A stretch of 64,000 bases of DNA, from positions 6,135,988 to 6,199,987 of the forward strand of contig NC_057718.1 in the NCBI RefSeq assembly GCF_004010195.1, given 5' to 3'. The notes under the pieces are model-generated. The model did not search any database. It was not told where the DNA came from and saw only the letters and a list, made by a program, of their open reading frames with translations. Shown here piece after piece: positions 50,380-62,600 of this stretch; the stretch's first letter is position 1, and each line of letters starts with the position of its first letter. Origin of the DNA: Chiloscyllium plagiosum (taxonomy: Eukaryota). The translations under genes were made by a program, and so were the position numbers.

Positions 50380-51070
50380 CAACTTGTCAGGATGAGTGCA
50401 GCTCCAACAACACTGAAGAAAGTTTACACAATCCAGGACAAAGCCGCCGACTTGATCAGCACCTCAACTAAAGGTAGTTCTTCTATAACACAATGGTTGC
50501 ATTCTTTTGCAACCCCACATTGTAGAAAAATTGCGCTTTAGAAACAGCGCTTAAAGTGTTGGTGATGTAATCACCCTACAGCCAACATATGTTTTAAAAG
50601 TTCATGCTTTTGAAACAGTGTCCCCAATTCGTCAATCAAGTTATAGTGAATTCATGTTAATTAAATGTGCGTTATAGCAGAACGACCTGTATTAAGACTC
50701 ACTCCCTTCAACACCCATGCACAGTAACAGCAGTGTGTACTTTCTACAAGATTTACTGCAGCAACTCACTAGGGTTCTTTTGACAATCCTTCCCAAACCC
50801 ATGACAAGGATAAAGACAGCAGACACACGGGAACACCATTCCTCCAAGTCACACACCATCATGGTTTGGAACTATATTGGTGGTATAAACTGCTTGGAGC
50901 TGCACTGCTAATCCTTCACTGTTGGTCCCCTGTAATAGCACCATAGATGGACATAAGTACTCTGAGGACTCCAGTGGTTCAAGATGGTGGCTCACCATCA
51001 CCATCACCAAGGCAATGAGGGATAAGCAACAAATACTGGTGTTGGCAGTATCAGACATCTAATGAATGAA
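50380..51070 (+). mobile_element. Non-CR1 LINE 3' fragment, interrupted by a MITE
   Basis: MSAAPTTLKKVYTIQDKAADLI; 3' tail matches 34975-35540. Confidence 0.7.
50471..50689. mobile_element. Tc1/mariner (Tigger/pogo-like) MITE, 219 bp, with TA target-site duplication
   Basis: Left TIR aaggtagttcttctataacaca vs reverse-complemented right TIR caggtcgttctgctataacgca (18/22); TA at 50469-70 and 50690-91. Confidence 0.75.
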
Positions 51071-52746
51071 TATGACTTGATCTCACTGTTGGGAAATCTG
51101 AGGAGTCTGATGAGATGGAAACTGGGAGTTATGAAACTTCTAGTTTCTGTTGAATTGGTCCATCTCAACATGGTTGTTTGCATTGAGTAAATGGAATATT
51201 CAGACACTGGAGGAACTTCAGTTAGTTTTTAACCATTCCTTGATCAGGTGTGCAATGCAAACTTCCCACTCAGCACACTACTTGCTGAGCGAGTGGATGG
51301 TATTGAATGGAGGTTGGAAAGGTTCTGGTTCCCTGGCTATAGAGACAGTGAAAGGCCCCTTGTCTCCTCTGTTAGGGTGTTATCATCATCCTCAGGCACC
51401 ATACTGGATCAATGACCCGAGGGTTTGCTGGCTGATCAGATCTATTGAAGAGCAGCAGTGGCACAGAGAAAGCAATTGTTGCTGGGAGTATTACAGCCAT
51501 TATCAGGATACAGGCCACAGCTGAGTGATGAAGGAGGTCATGGAGGATGCTCAAGGCTTGGCGGTCACAGGTGATGAGTATGTTGTCAGCAGAGGGCTTC
51601 CTGCTTTCTGATGTCAAGTCCTTCAATTAGACACTTCTGATCTGAAGTGATTTTGAGCAACAGAGATTCCACACCTTCCTCAACTGCTGTCACCCACGTC
51701 TACTACACCCACCATTCCTCCATTTCCCACAAGGAGAACCTGCAAGCAACCTCGCACACGTTTGTTCACTGAGCTTCCAGTCCACAATACCTCTACTGTG
51801 TCTGGGTTCAAACTTGCCTGGAGCAGGATAAGGCCCTGTAGCAGATATTAAAGACCCACTTGAAATTCTCAGTTGGCACTGGGTGGCTGAGTCATCCAGG
51901 GGGCCTTTGCAGCAGACTCCCCAACCAATTGATTAAACACCAGCCCCTCACCAAGCCTGTCATGGGGAAGGGCACCATATTTCACCCAGTGAGATTAACT
52001 CAAAGATCAAGGAACCAACTCTTCTGATGAACTAAGCATCCAAAGGGCTCGAGGTCACTTTCAGCGGAGACATGAATCTGGGGGGAATAAAACATCTCTG
52101 TGCATTGGATAATTGTTTTATCATGGGGGCATTAGGAGGTGGCATGGATGTAGGGGATAACCTATCATACAACTAACCTAACAGCGTGCTGTCATTGTAA
52201 GTTAGACTTCAGCAACATATTGACAGAGATGCTCACAGAAATTGGATATTTATTTGAATAGAACATATTAGCGGGTGTACAGGCAAAGTTCTAGACTAGA
52301 ACTTAATTGAGGTACTCACGTTAAAAAGTCAATACACAGACATAACAAGCCAAATGGCATCCTTCTGTGCTGTAACAATGTTATGGTTCGAAGTATTTAC
52401 CTAATTCCTATTTGAAAGCTACTGTTGAACTTGTTTCCACCACTTATTCAGTCAGCATGGTCCTAATCAGAACAGCTCATTGGGTTAAAACAAAATCTTT
52501 CTCTGTTCTATTGTTTGTTGTCAACTATCAAAAATTTGGTGTCCATTGGTTAATGATGCAAAATGATCTTTCTTCCTTTACTATATTGGAGTGCTTCATG
52601 ATTTTGAGCACCTCCATTTGATCTCCTGCTCACGTTCCCTGCCTCAAGATGAACAATCATAGCCTTTCTCAGTGTGCCTGAAACTATTAGAATTGTTACA
52701 GGCTCAATGGAAGCCCTCAATATTTTGACTGAAGTGTCTCACTTAC

Positions 52747-52876
52747 AGGTGTTTTCTCTCCCAATCAGGGGAGCTGAGGGGCCATGATCATGTACCGCAG
52801 TAACTGCAACCTTATACTCCGTCTGTGACGCAAGGCCTGATAGTGACACTGAGTTCTCATTGCCGGGGATTTCCAC
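52747..52876 (-). CDS. COL12A1: COL12A1 exon, FN3-11 second half: VEIPGNENSVSLSGLASQTEYKVAVTAVHDHGPSAPLIGRENT
   Basis: Acceptor ccgatag, donor gtaagt; 130 nt, phase 0-1. Confidence 0.93.
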
Positions 52877-52959
52877 CTATCGGGTTGAAGAAAAGATATT
52901 GGTTACACTTGTTCGGGTAACAGAGTGAATTCATAGCAAAATGTAATGTAAAGTTTTTT

Positions 52960-53285
52960 TTAAAATTCATTCATGTGATGAGGACTAGGCCACCATTTAT
53001 TGCCCAGAGGGCAGTTAAGAGCCAAACACATTGCTATGGGTCTGGGGTCACCTGGAGGCCAGACCATGGAAAGATGGCAGTTTCCTTCCCGAAAGGGCAT
53101 TAGTGACCCAGATGGATTTTTCCCAACAATCAATTCCTCATCATCGTAGACTCTTAATTTCAGATATTCGTTGAATTCAAACCCCACCATCTGCTGTGGC
53201 AGGTTTCAAACCTGGGTCCCCACAACATTATCTGAGTCTCTGGATTAAGAGTCCAGCAATAATACCACTAAGCCATCACCTCCCC
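52960..53285 (-). mobile_element. tRNA-derived SINE (family A), full length
   Basis: Colinear with 2668-3025. Confidence 0.8.
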
Positions 53286-53654
53286 TGGAATCACAAAGGG
53301 ACAATGGGAGAAGTCTATTGGAGCTTATTTGTCTTTCTCCATCAAACTCACCCAGTCCACGGAATTGTATAACTACCCTGGAAGAATGTTCTTGTCATAA
53401 ATGAGTTACTTAGTGACGAGTTTCAAATACCATACGATCTGGTTTAAGAGATGTGCTTTTCTTTGGGTCAACTCATGTAACTAAGTTCACTCCGTTTGCC
53501 AGTGTTGCATTTTGTTGTTTCCCACCACCCATCCTAATCATGGTTCTCTTTAATTCTGAGTCTTGTTTTCCAACTTGTGGTTTGCTTCATCACTCTCCTC
53601 TAGTCTAGCAACACTCTCAGTCATATCCGACTGTGACTGGCAAATTAAAAGTAT

Positions 53655-53833
53655 AGGCATTATAGTCCCACTTGCTCATTAGAGATAGACAACTGGTAGT
53701 GGTTTAACCTGAGGGTCACCACACTTCAGGCGAGAGGACAGGTTGAGAAGGCGAGACCATCACTGTAACCTCAGTCAGTACAGGAGTTGAACCCACACTG
53801 TTGCTGTCATTCTTAATTGCAAGCCATCCAACC
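53655..53833 (-). mobile_element. tRNA-derived SINE (family D)
   Basis: Head is the reverse complement of ccaactgagctaattgac with B box gggttcaactcc; second copy at 54998-55115. Confidence 0.65.
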
Positions 53834-54486
53834 AACTGAGCTAATTGACTCCCTAAATGGCAACTTATGAAGGCACTCCAACACCACCCTCTCAAGGGAA
53901 GAAAATATGCTGGCCATTTCGATTATTTCATCTCAGAATGTAGTCATCACTGACAAGATAGGTAGTTAGTCCATTCCCTGTTGCCCCTTGAGAAGCTAGT
54001 GATGGACTTCCTTTGGAAACGATTGGTAGGACATTGACACAACTCATCTTTATTTAGAGATTATTTTTGACTCAAATTTAAATTCTCCACAAGCTTGGAT
54101 GAATAATCCAGAGCTTGGGCATTCAAATCTCACTGTGGAGAGTTTGAGGATTTGAATTCTGATTACATTGTCAATATCATATCAATAAAAGTGATAATGA
54201 AAATGTTAGGTTGTTGTAGGAATGTGAGGTCATCAGAAATAGGAACAGCAGTGAACTAATTGGCCTCTGAGTCTGCTCCATCATTCATTAAGATCCTGTC
54301 CGAACTCAATCTTGCAGCCTATAACCTTTGACTTTCTTTTGTAAATTATTAAATATATACAATGATCCAACTTTTATTCCTCTCTGGATACACATTTCAA
54401 AGGATTAATGATGTGGAGGAGCCTGGAGTGGACAAAGTTAAAAACCACAAAACACCAGGTTATAATACAACAGGTTTGTTTGGAAG

Positions 54487-54521
54487 CACTAGCTTTCAGA
54501 GCACTGTTCCTTCATCAGGTG
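54487..54521 (-). ncRNA. Minimal type I hammerhead ribozyme motif in a Penelope terminus, sense to COL12A1
   Basis: Minus strand: cac-CTGATGA-a-ggaac agt gctct-GAAA-gc-TA-gtg; stem I cac/gtg; palindromic AGCT stem III. Confidence 0.6.
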
Positions 54522-55399
54522 GTTGTGGAGAATAAAATCATAAGACACAGAATCGGACTATAACCTGGAGTTGTGTGATTTATAGCTTTGTCTCAGGATT
54601 AATGACCTTCTCTCATGACAAATGTATCTTAAATGGAAGACCAATGAAAGCTCTTGATTCCCCTACAAGCTTAAATATTCTCTCAGCAGCTACTCTGTCA
54701 TGGTACATCTGTGTCTTAGATGTATAAATAAGGTCACCTTTCATTCTTGCAAACTCTAGTGATTCCAAGCCAAATCTGCCCAACCTTTCCTCTCAAAGTA
54801 AATCCTTTATCCCAGGAGTAACCCATGAGAACCTTCTCTGAACTGTTTACAATGCAAGGATTTCCCTCATTAAATATGGACAGCAAAACAGCTATCTTAT
54901 TAATGCCTTGCACAGTTGCCACAAGGCTTCCTATTTTGAAACACGGAAACTGCTGCAGAAACCCAACAGTTTTGAAGAAGGGTCACGTTAATTCTTTACA
55001 CACCTCAGGCGAGGGGAAGAGGGACCTTCATTGTAACTTCAGTCAGGTAGGAACTGAACCCACAGTCGCACATACACTGCTTCGCAAACCATCCAGCCCA
55101 CTGAGCTAATTGACTGTTTTCTCTTCACAGCTGCTGCCAGACCTGCTGAGTTTCTCCAGCAATTTCCAACTTTTGTTTGTATCAGATCTGCAGCATCTAC
55201 ACAGGTCTTTGATTAATTTTTAATACTCCCTATTTCTAACCAGCTCCACCATTTAATAAAATCATAGCTGATCTGAGTATTTCCATCTATCCCGATAACC
55301 TTTCATGCCCTAACATAACAAGAACCTTAAAACTTTTTTCTATAAGACAAAGAAATTTTTAAAAATCATGTTACTCTGCAATGGAACATATCACCTCAC

Positions 55400-55539
55400 C
55401 TCCTTGACGGTCTCATCACCCACTTCATTGTATTTAATCACATATTTAAGCACCCTGCCTGGTGCAGGATCCCAGTGGGCCCGTAAGTGACTGTGAGTGA
55501 CATCGGAAAACCAGATATTCCTGGGTCCACCCAGTGGCA
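55400..55539 (-). CDS. COL12A1: COL12A1 exon, FN3-11 first half: (L)PLGGPRNIWFSDVTHSHLRAHWDPAPGRVLKYVIKYNEVGDETVKE
   Basis: Acceptor ctccacag, donor gtgagg; 140 nt, phase 1-0; conserved FN3 Trp and Tyr. Confidence 0.93.
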
Positions 55540-56032
55540 CTGTGGAGACAGAATGAAACAGAGCTCAACAGAGAAAAACAGGTGACAAAATACCATGAAG
55601 CAAGTCAAAACAAAATCAGGTACTGAGTTTTGACATGACACACTGTGGCTACATTATGTGGCTCCTTCCAGAACGTGTTTAAATTCCTCTGAGAACATCT
55701 AATTTTTCACACTGATGTTAAACTAATCTCTGCAATAATCTTTCAGAGACTAAAATAACTCTCAAAAAACTAGAATTTGTCTTTAACTTGTCAGAGTGGA
55801 ATCGATTTTTACTCTGAAAAAAATACAAGAATTCTGAAGAAAGTGAAGCTTTCAAGGATGAATTAGAACCATTCTGAGATTTGCACCTGAACACACCATT
55901 AAACTCATGTGATAGCCGCCATATGATAAAAGTCAGCATTACATTTGTCTTCTCATTACTTTGTGCAGGATTATACATGACATACAGCATAGAATTAGAC
56001 TATCTGACTCAACCAGGCGATGCCCATATTAC

Positions 56033-56308
56033 GAGGAGAAAGTGAGGACTGCAGATGTTGGAGATCAGAGTCAAGAGTGTGGTGCAGGTCAGGCAGCATC
56101 CAAGGAGCAGAAGAATCGACGTTTCGCATAAGCCCTTCAACAGGAAAGCAGGAGAAGCGACGTTTCGGGCATAAGCTCTTCTTCATTCCTGATGAAGGGC
56201 TTATGCCTGAAACATCGATTCTCCTGCTCCTCGGATGCTGCCTGACCTGCTGTGCTTTTCCAGCACCACACTCTCAACTCTGATCTCCAGCAGTCCTCAC
56301 TTTCTCCT
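56033..56308. mobile_element. Palindromic Penelope-terminus derivative (subfamily A) with duplicated core
   Basis: aggagaaagtgaggactgc and gcagtcctcactttctcct are inverted ends; CTGATGAagggcttatgcctGAAA at 56189-56212. Confidence 0.85.
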
Positions 56309-57415
56309 ATGCTCATGTTATGCTTCCCTTGAGATTCCTCCCATTACCATTCACATTTAAATCTATGAGCATGATCCTTCATTCCTTTCTTCCACATATT
56401 CTTGTTGAGCCTTTCCTTAAATATATCTGCATTATTTACTTTAAGCACTGCCTGCGCTGAGAACATCTATCTTAAGAAATAAGTTTTTTTCATCTACCAA
56501 TGTCTTGGTGACTACGTTATCTTGAAGACCTCTAACTAAGCGCTTCCCACAAAAGGAATCAATCTCTCTGTACCCACTCTATCAAAACCCATTGTAATGT
56601 AAAGATCTCTTTTGGGGACCCTTCAACCTTTTTTGAACCCATAATAAAAGAGACCAGCTTGCTAATCCATTTCTGAAATGGATACTGACACATATTTGGT
56701 ATCGGCTTCAGAAACATCCTCTGCAGCCTCTCCAATGAATCAAAGAAACATAGAATCCCTACAGTGCAGAAGAAAAGCCATTTGGCCCATTGAGTCTGCA
56801 CCAACCCTCCGAAGAGAGCTCTTCATCCTTCTGCATTCTTCTATATCCTTTTGACAATATGGTGATCAGCACTGCACATAATTCACTGAAATATCTATCT
56901 ATTCCATCTCCTAGATAAATTCCAATGTAAGATCATTCTTCTTAATATTTCCATCACTTCTCTATCATTATGTGTGATACTCTCATCTATTCCTTTCGGT
57001 CCTATTCATGTCTCTTCCTTCCATGTTTCCAGTATCTGTACACTTATCTTTCATGACATATCAGCAAGGAAACAAATTCCACTGTGCCTCCATGAGTTCC
57101 AATTCCAAATGGATTTCCTTTCATCCAAAGGGTACAAGGTCTTCACTCTGAGCTCTGTCTACCATAGGTTTACCTGCTCACTCCTCCCTGGCCATTGTCT
57201 ATTTTCCTGCTTCCACCTGCATGGCCTGGACGGTGAAACTGCTAAACAAAGATGCTGTTTTGCTCAATGAAATGGATAAACTTTGTTATTGAAAAGATAG
57301 ATACTCGAATTTGAAACGCAAAGGTTTGTGGTTAATATTGCATGCCAGAGATTCAATCTCCTGAACTGGGTGAAAACCTGCAAGCTTTAGAGACTGTGTA
57401 ATTAAAATATCTTAC

Positions 57416-57545
57416 AGGTAGTTGCTTGCACACTCAGTGGATCACTGGGGACATCTTCGTACAAGGCATGAATTGTAAGTGTATACTCAGTGTTGGGAAA
57501 TAAATTGTCCAGCCTCACATCAGTGTTATCAGGGCCAACTTTCAA
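57416..57545 (-). CDS. COL12A1: COL12A1 exon, FN3-10 second half: LKVGPDNTDVRLDNLFPNTEYTLTIHALYEDVPSDPLSVQATT
   Basis: Acceptor tcttgcag, donor gtaaga; 130 nt, phase 0-1; FN3 L.P.TEY motif; not in ORF track. Confidence 0.93.
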
Positions 57546-58589
57546 CTGCAAGAGAAAAGATCAATAATTTGTAAATAATATGGGGGATAATGAAGAAAAA
57601 AGAGCAGCATTATTACAAACTCACTTTAAATCACAATGAAATTGATGACAATTTCATGCATCAATCCTTGTTTTTCTTTCCAACTGATCTTCTGTGTACT
57701 TACTACATGAAGTTGAATATGTGTGTGAGTAATACTGATCCAGCAACCAATGTCATTAAAGAACGGATTGTTTGGCTGTCAGCACATTGCTCTGTTTGAG
57801 AGCTTGATGCGTGTAGATAAGCAGCCATTTTTCCCTACTCGCATCATATTCCCATGTTAATGGGCTAGACTTTGTGCACCCACTTCAACAGGTTTGAAGA
57901 ATGGGGGTGAGGGCACTAGTTAAATCAAGCATGCCTTTTTCGTACCCACCTGGCCCCACCAAACGCCACAACTATATCAGCAGTGAGTGTGCTGTCAGGT
58001 GCCCCCTCCAGCAATAGGTCAATTGGAGTCCTTCAGCAGGCAATTAGTTCCCAAAAAAGACTGCTTCGACTGTTCCTGTGATTTAACCAATGACAGAAGA
58101 GGTGCCATCAACCCACCATCATGGGTTGTTGCCAGGCAAAGGGAGAGGGTATCCCCCCCAAAATTACCAAATGTCCTATCTGAGGTTTTGCTGCCATCCA
58201 AATCCCAACCAGGTTGCCTTCACCCCACTGACCTCTCAACCCCTCTACTCAAAGTGCGTCACAACTATACCCCCACACCCCAGCCTGCCATCTTGCCTGG
58301 GCCTGTGAGCTGAGCTCCTCTCAGAAATTCATAATATTTACTAAATTCCAATCCAATACCACATGTCTCTGTCCCAAAATGCTTAAGAGACACAGGCCTC
58401 TGATAGATCAGCAGCTCTCTAAGATGGGCTTCCTGTTGTTGAAGGGCAGAAGCCTATTATAGTTGAGGAAGTTGGGAGCCAGGCACCTTGTAAAATTCTA
58501 CCCTGATCTTCACAATTTATTTCATTGACTGTAAAGCATTTTGGGAACAGATGATATCAAATATAAATTATCTTTATGCTGCAGTGCTC

Positions 58590-58740
58590 CAGCCAATCTC
58601 AGAGCAACCGAAACACATAAATAGAAAGTGGACCATACCACCAGTGCTTCGTCCAGAGGCTCATTGATGATGTTATCTAGTATGGTGACGAAACATCTGA
58701 AACCGAACCTTCCAGCTCAGCGAGTAAACTTACATCAGAA
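58590..58740 (+). mobile_element. 3' terminus of a distinct Penelope-like family with a decayed hammerhead motif
   Basis: tca-tTGATGA-t-gttatc tagtat ggtgac-GAAA-c-ATC-tga at 58661-58700. Confidence 0.55.
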
Positions 58741-59185
58741 CAACACCTCATTTATCACTTGAGAACCCTGCAGCCTTCTGGACCATTGAGTTTTAGGGTT
58801 TGAGTATCCTTCCCCATGTTTTCTCTCACCTCCTGTACACCCGGCCTGTTATTACATGGGCTGCTACTACACACTACCCATTGTCAGCCACTAATCGTCG
58901 CCATTAGCAGCTACTCATTTCCTCAGACTAACTTTTAATATTCCTTTGTCTAACTGTTTTTCTCTGCCTTTGAGCTCTATCTCCACCAATTCTTTTTCTC
59001 CTCCTCCTCCACTCTATCTTCTGTATAAAAAAAATCCTTTTCCTATCTACCATCAATTCTGAGGAAGAGTCACTGGGCCTGAAATGTTAACTCTGATTTC
59101 TCTCTACAGATGCTGCCAGACCTGCTGAGGTTTTGTAGCAATGTCTGTTTTTGTTTCACATTTGCAGCATCTGCAATTCTTTTTG
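58741..59185 (+). mobile_element. Penelope-like 3' end (subfamily B)
   Basis: QHLIYHLRTLQPSG, then CTGAGGAagagtcactgggcctGAAAtGTTaact and terminal repeat. Confidence 0.65.
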
Positions 59186-59189
59186 GTTT

Positions 59190-59645
59190 ATAGGAAGGAT
59201 ATTATTAAGCTGGAGGGAGTTCAGAAGAGATTTATCAGGGCATTGCCAAGTATGGAAAGTTTGAATTATAAACTGGATAGACTGGGACTTTTTCATTGGA
59301 TCATAGGAGGTTGAGGGGGCGACCTTATAGAAGGTTATAAAATGAGAGGTTTAGATAGTGTTAATGGTAGTTGTCTTTGCCCTAGGGTGGAAGATTCTAA
59401 GACCAGGCCAGTGGGGGGGGACATTTTTAAAGTGTGAGGAGAGAGAGTTAACAAATACGTGGGGGCAATTTATTTACATAGAAGGTGGTTTGCGTGTGGG
59501 ATGAACTTCCTGTGGAAATCGTGGATGTGGGTACAATTACAACTTTTAAAAATCATTTAGATACATACACGAAAAGTAAAGGTTTGGAGGGATATGGACC
59601 AGGAGCAGGCAGGTGGGACTAGTTTAGTTTGGGATTATGATTCTG
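59190..59645 (+). mobile_element. CR1 3' fragment, decayed
   Basis: YRKDIIKLEGVQKRFIR...; 3'UTR like 7860-7930. Confidence 0.8.
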
Positions 59646-62600
59646 TGTCTGAATGACTTTTTTAGGCTGGAACTGGAGAAAACTCCCCAATCCTTTCTTT
59701 AAAATTACGTATAATTTTTTGCATCCAACTGGTAAGGACACAGTTTAATACCTCATTTGAGATTCAGTATTTCCAACTTCTAGCCTGAATTATATGTTCA
59801 AGCCACTAGAGTAGGGATTAGAAACTATAACCTCGTCTGACACTGAGCCATTGCTGACAATTCAGGACTGAAGGAGTTCTCCTATAAATTCTTACTCAAC
59901 AGTTCTTAAGTTCAAGACATAAATCACCTAATTATGTTGACCAATATTAACTCTGTGGCTGGCCTCCCTACAACTTTGATGATTCTGCCTTTCTCAAGTG
60001 AAGAGACGCATGCCAAAGTCAAAGTGGAGCTGAAGTGCTGCTTATGCTCTGCATAGGGTCACACAATGATGTGTTAGGCACTCTGTAAACGTTTCAGAGA
60101 GGTTTGGCTAAAGTTTAACGGGGCCACTTAGTGCATGTGTAATTCTGTATTCACAAGCTAAGTCACTTAAATGGGAAAATATTTGCATGTGTTAAAATCT
60201 CTTAAAAGAGAGAGAGCGTGAGAGAGATTATGACTAAAGATTGTGGCTGTCTGAGCAATAAAACTGAATGTGATGTGAGGCAGACGGTGAGTGAAACTGG
60301 TTAGCTGTTTCTTAACACAGGATGAAATACTGTGGAGATTGTAGCTCAAGATCATGTTTCACTGCCAGTCACATTGCTTGTTGCTCATTGTTTCTGAAAA
60401 AAACATTAATCAAGCAAAGCAGTTCTCTAATAGCACTATTTTTTAAAAATTCTCATATGGAATGTAAGTATTGCCAGCATTTGTCGTCCATCCCTAGTTG
60501 CCCTCAAACTGATTGATCCTCTGGGCTATTTCAGAAGGGAGTTAAGAGTAGGTCACTTTGTTTTAGCTCTGGAATCACATGTTTATCAGAGTAAAGATGG
60601 CAGATTTCCTTCTTAAAGGGCATTAAATGATGTATGTTACAACAATTGTTAGTTATCTGGCCATCATGAGGCTGGCTTTTAATTCTATATTATTTTATTC
60701 AAATGTCATTGTCTCCATGGTGGGATTAGAATCCATCACCCAGAACAATTGTTTGGGTCTCTAAATTACTAGGTGAAAGTGAGGAGTGCAGACGCTGGAG
60801 ATTAGAGTCAAGAGTGTGGTGCTGGAAAAGCACAGCAGGTCAGGCAGCATCCAAGGAGCATGAGAATCGACGTTTCAGGCAAAAGCCCTTCTCTACATTA
60901 CTAGTCCAGTGGCATTGTCATGATACCACCAGCTCCCCCTCACAATTAAAGTCCAAACATTTTCAACAATAGTTAAGCATTACAAACAGAACTATCATTA
61001 ATTCATCATGTACCAAAGTATCATTAATTGGCAAAGGGGATGGCTGAATTCAGTTTTTCTTTTCTTTATTCATTCACAGGATGAGGGTGTCACTGGCTAG
61101 GCCAGCATTTGTTACCCAACCCTAATTGCCCAGAGGGCAGACAAGGGTCAACCATGTTACTGTGAGTCTGGAGCCACGTGTAGGCCAGACCAGCTAAAGG
61201 TGGCAGTTTCCTTTCCAAAAGTACATTAAGGAACCTTCAAAGAAACCATACCTTATATAGGGGTAGAATATGCACCTTTCAAATAGATTTGAGGAAAATC
61301 ATCCAAGCTGCAGGAGGTAGGTAGGTCAGAGAGCTAGAGAAAGGGATCATATCACTGAGCTGGATATCAAGATCACAGGAAGCAGGACTGGAAGTTAGTG
61401 ATAGGTCATTCAGGCCTGGATATTGCTAATAATGTGTTTCTGTGTTGACAGTGGCATCCCTAGCAGATACTGATTGGCATTGTTCCTGAACTGCTGTAGT
61501 TCTTGCGGAATAATCTCCCAATAGCATTGACCATTGACCCAATAGCAATAAAGGAGCAATGACATGCACCCAAGTCGGTGGTTTGTGACCTACAAGGGGA
61601 CACTGTGCCAACAACATGGCAATCCTTGTCCTTCTCCACAGGAAAGGTGGCCCAGTAGTAAGCAAGCGTGGGTGTGTTAATACAGTGACTCCTATTGATC
61701 ATATATACTGCAACCATAATGCAACAATGATTAGTAGTTGTAGTAGCAAGAGTGATCAGCAGTTGTATGCCTTTTTATATTCATTCCTGGGATATCAGCT
61801 TCATTGGCTGTAACAGCAATTATTGCACATTCTTAACTGTCCTTGAGAAAACACTGCAATTATTTTTAGGGACTGTTGATTTGTATTCATCCAGGCAAAG
61901 ACTGAGCATATATACAGTGGAAGATGAATAGAGCTCAAGCCTCTGCCTTGGATGTAGCCAAGATGGTTGATTAAGTCCCCCTCCTGGTCAATAAAACACC
62001 CAAGAGATTGGTGATAGGGGAGAAGGCTCAACTTTCTCTGCTTTGGGGTGGCCATTGTTCAAAACTGTAGCATAAATGCTTTCTTCCTCTGAACAGGGTG
62101 CCAGTTCGAGCATGGAATGGGCTGATTCATTCTGGATAGTGTTATACGTGGAGCTGAACAATACAGAATCAGAGAAAACTCATGTGAAGCAGATCAGGAT
62201 GCAAGACCCAAAGGCACTTGGCTGAGGAACTCCACCACTGATGCTCTGGGGCTGCATGACAAGCATTTCTTAATCTCATCAAGTCAGAATTATTTTTCCC
62301 TTAACTCTCTCAAGGGAGGTGGGCATCACTGGCAAAGCCAGGATTTCTTGCCCTTACCTCACAGCCTTTGAACTTGCTCAGCTATTTCAGTGCCTTGTTC
62401 AGACTTGCATTGCTGTGGATCTGGACTCACATGGAGGCCAAATGGGTAATGATAGCAGACCTCCTTCCCCAAAAGGTATGAGTGAACAAGATATTTTTTT
62501 CCACAAATCAATGATAGTTTCCTGGCTGCCATTACTGAGACTAGCTTTTAGTGTAGATCTATCAATTAAGTGAATTTAAGCTGCTATGGTGCAATTTGAA

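Noticed and set aside
51200..52000. Possible decayed PIF/Harbinger transposase
   Set aside because: Only a vague resemblance, with no recoverable motif or TIRs.
47..57545. Fibronectin, tenascin, COL14A1 or COL20A1 as the gene identity
   Set aside because: A run of at least 8.5 consecutive FN3 repeats ending in the WDTFC/SHCF repeat, with the recalled motif order, fits collagen XII.
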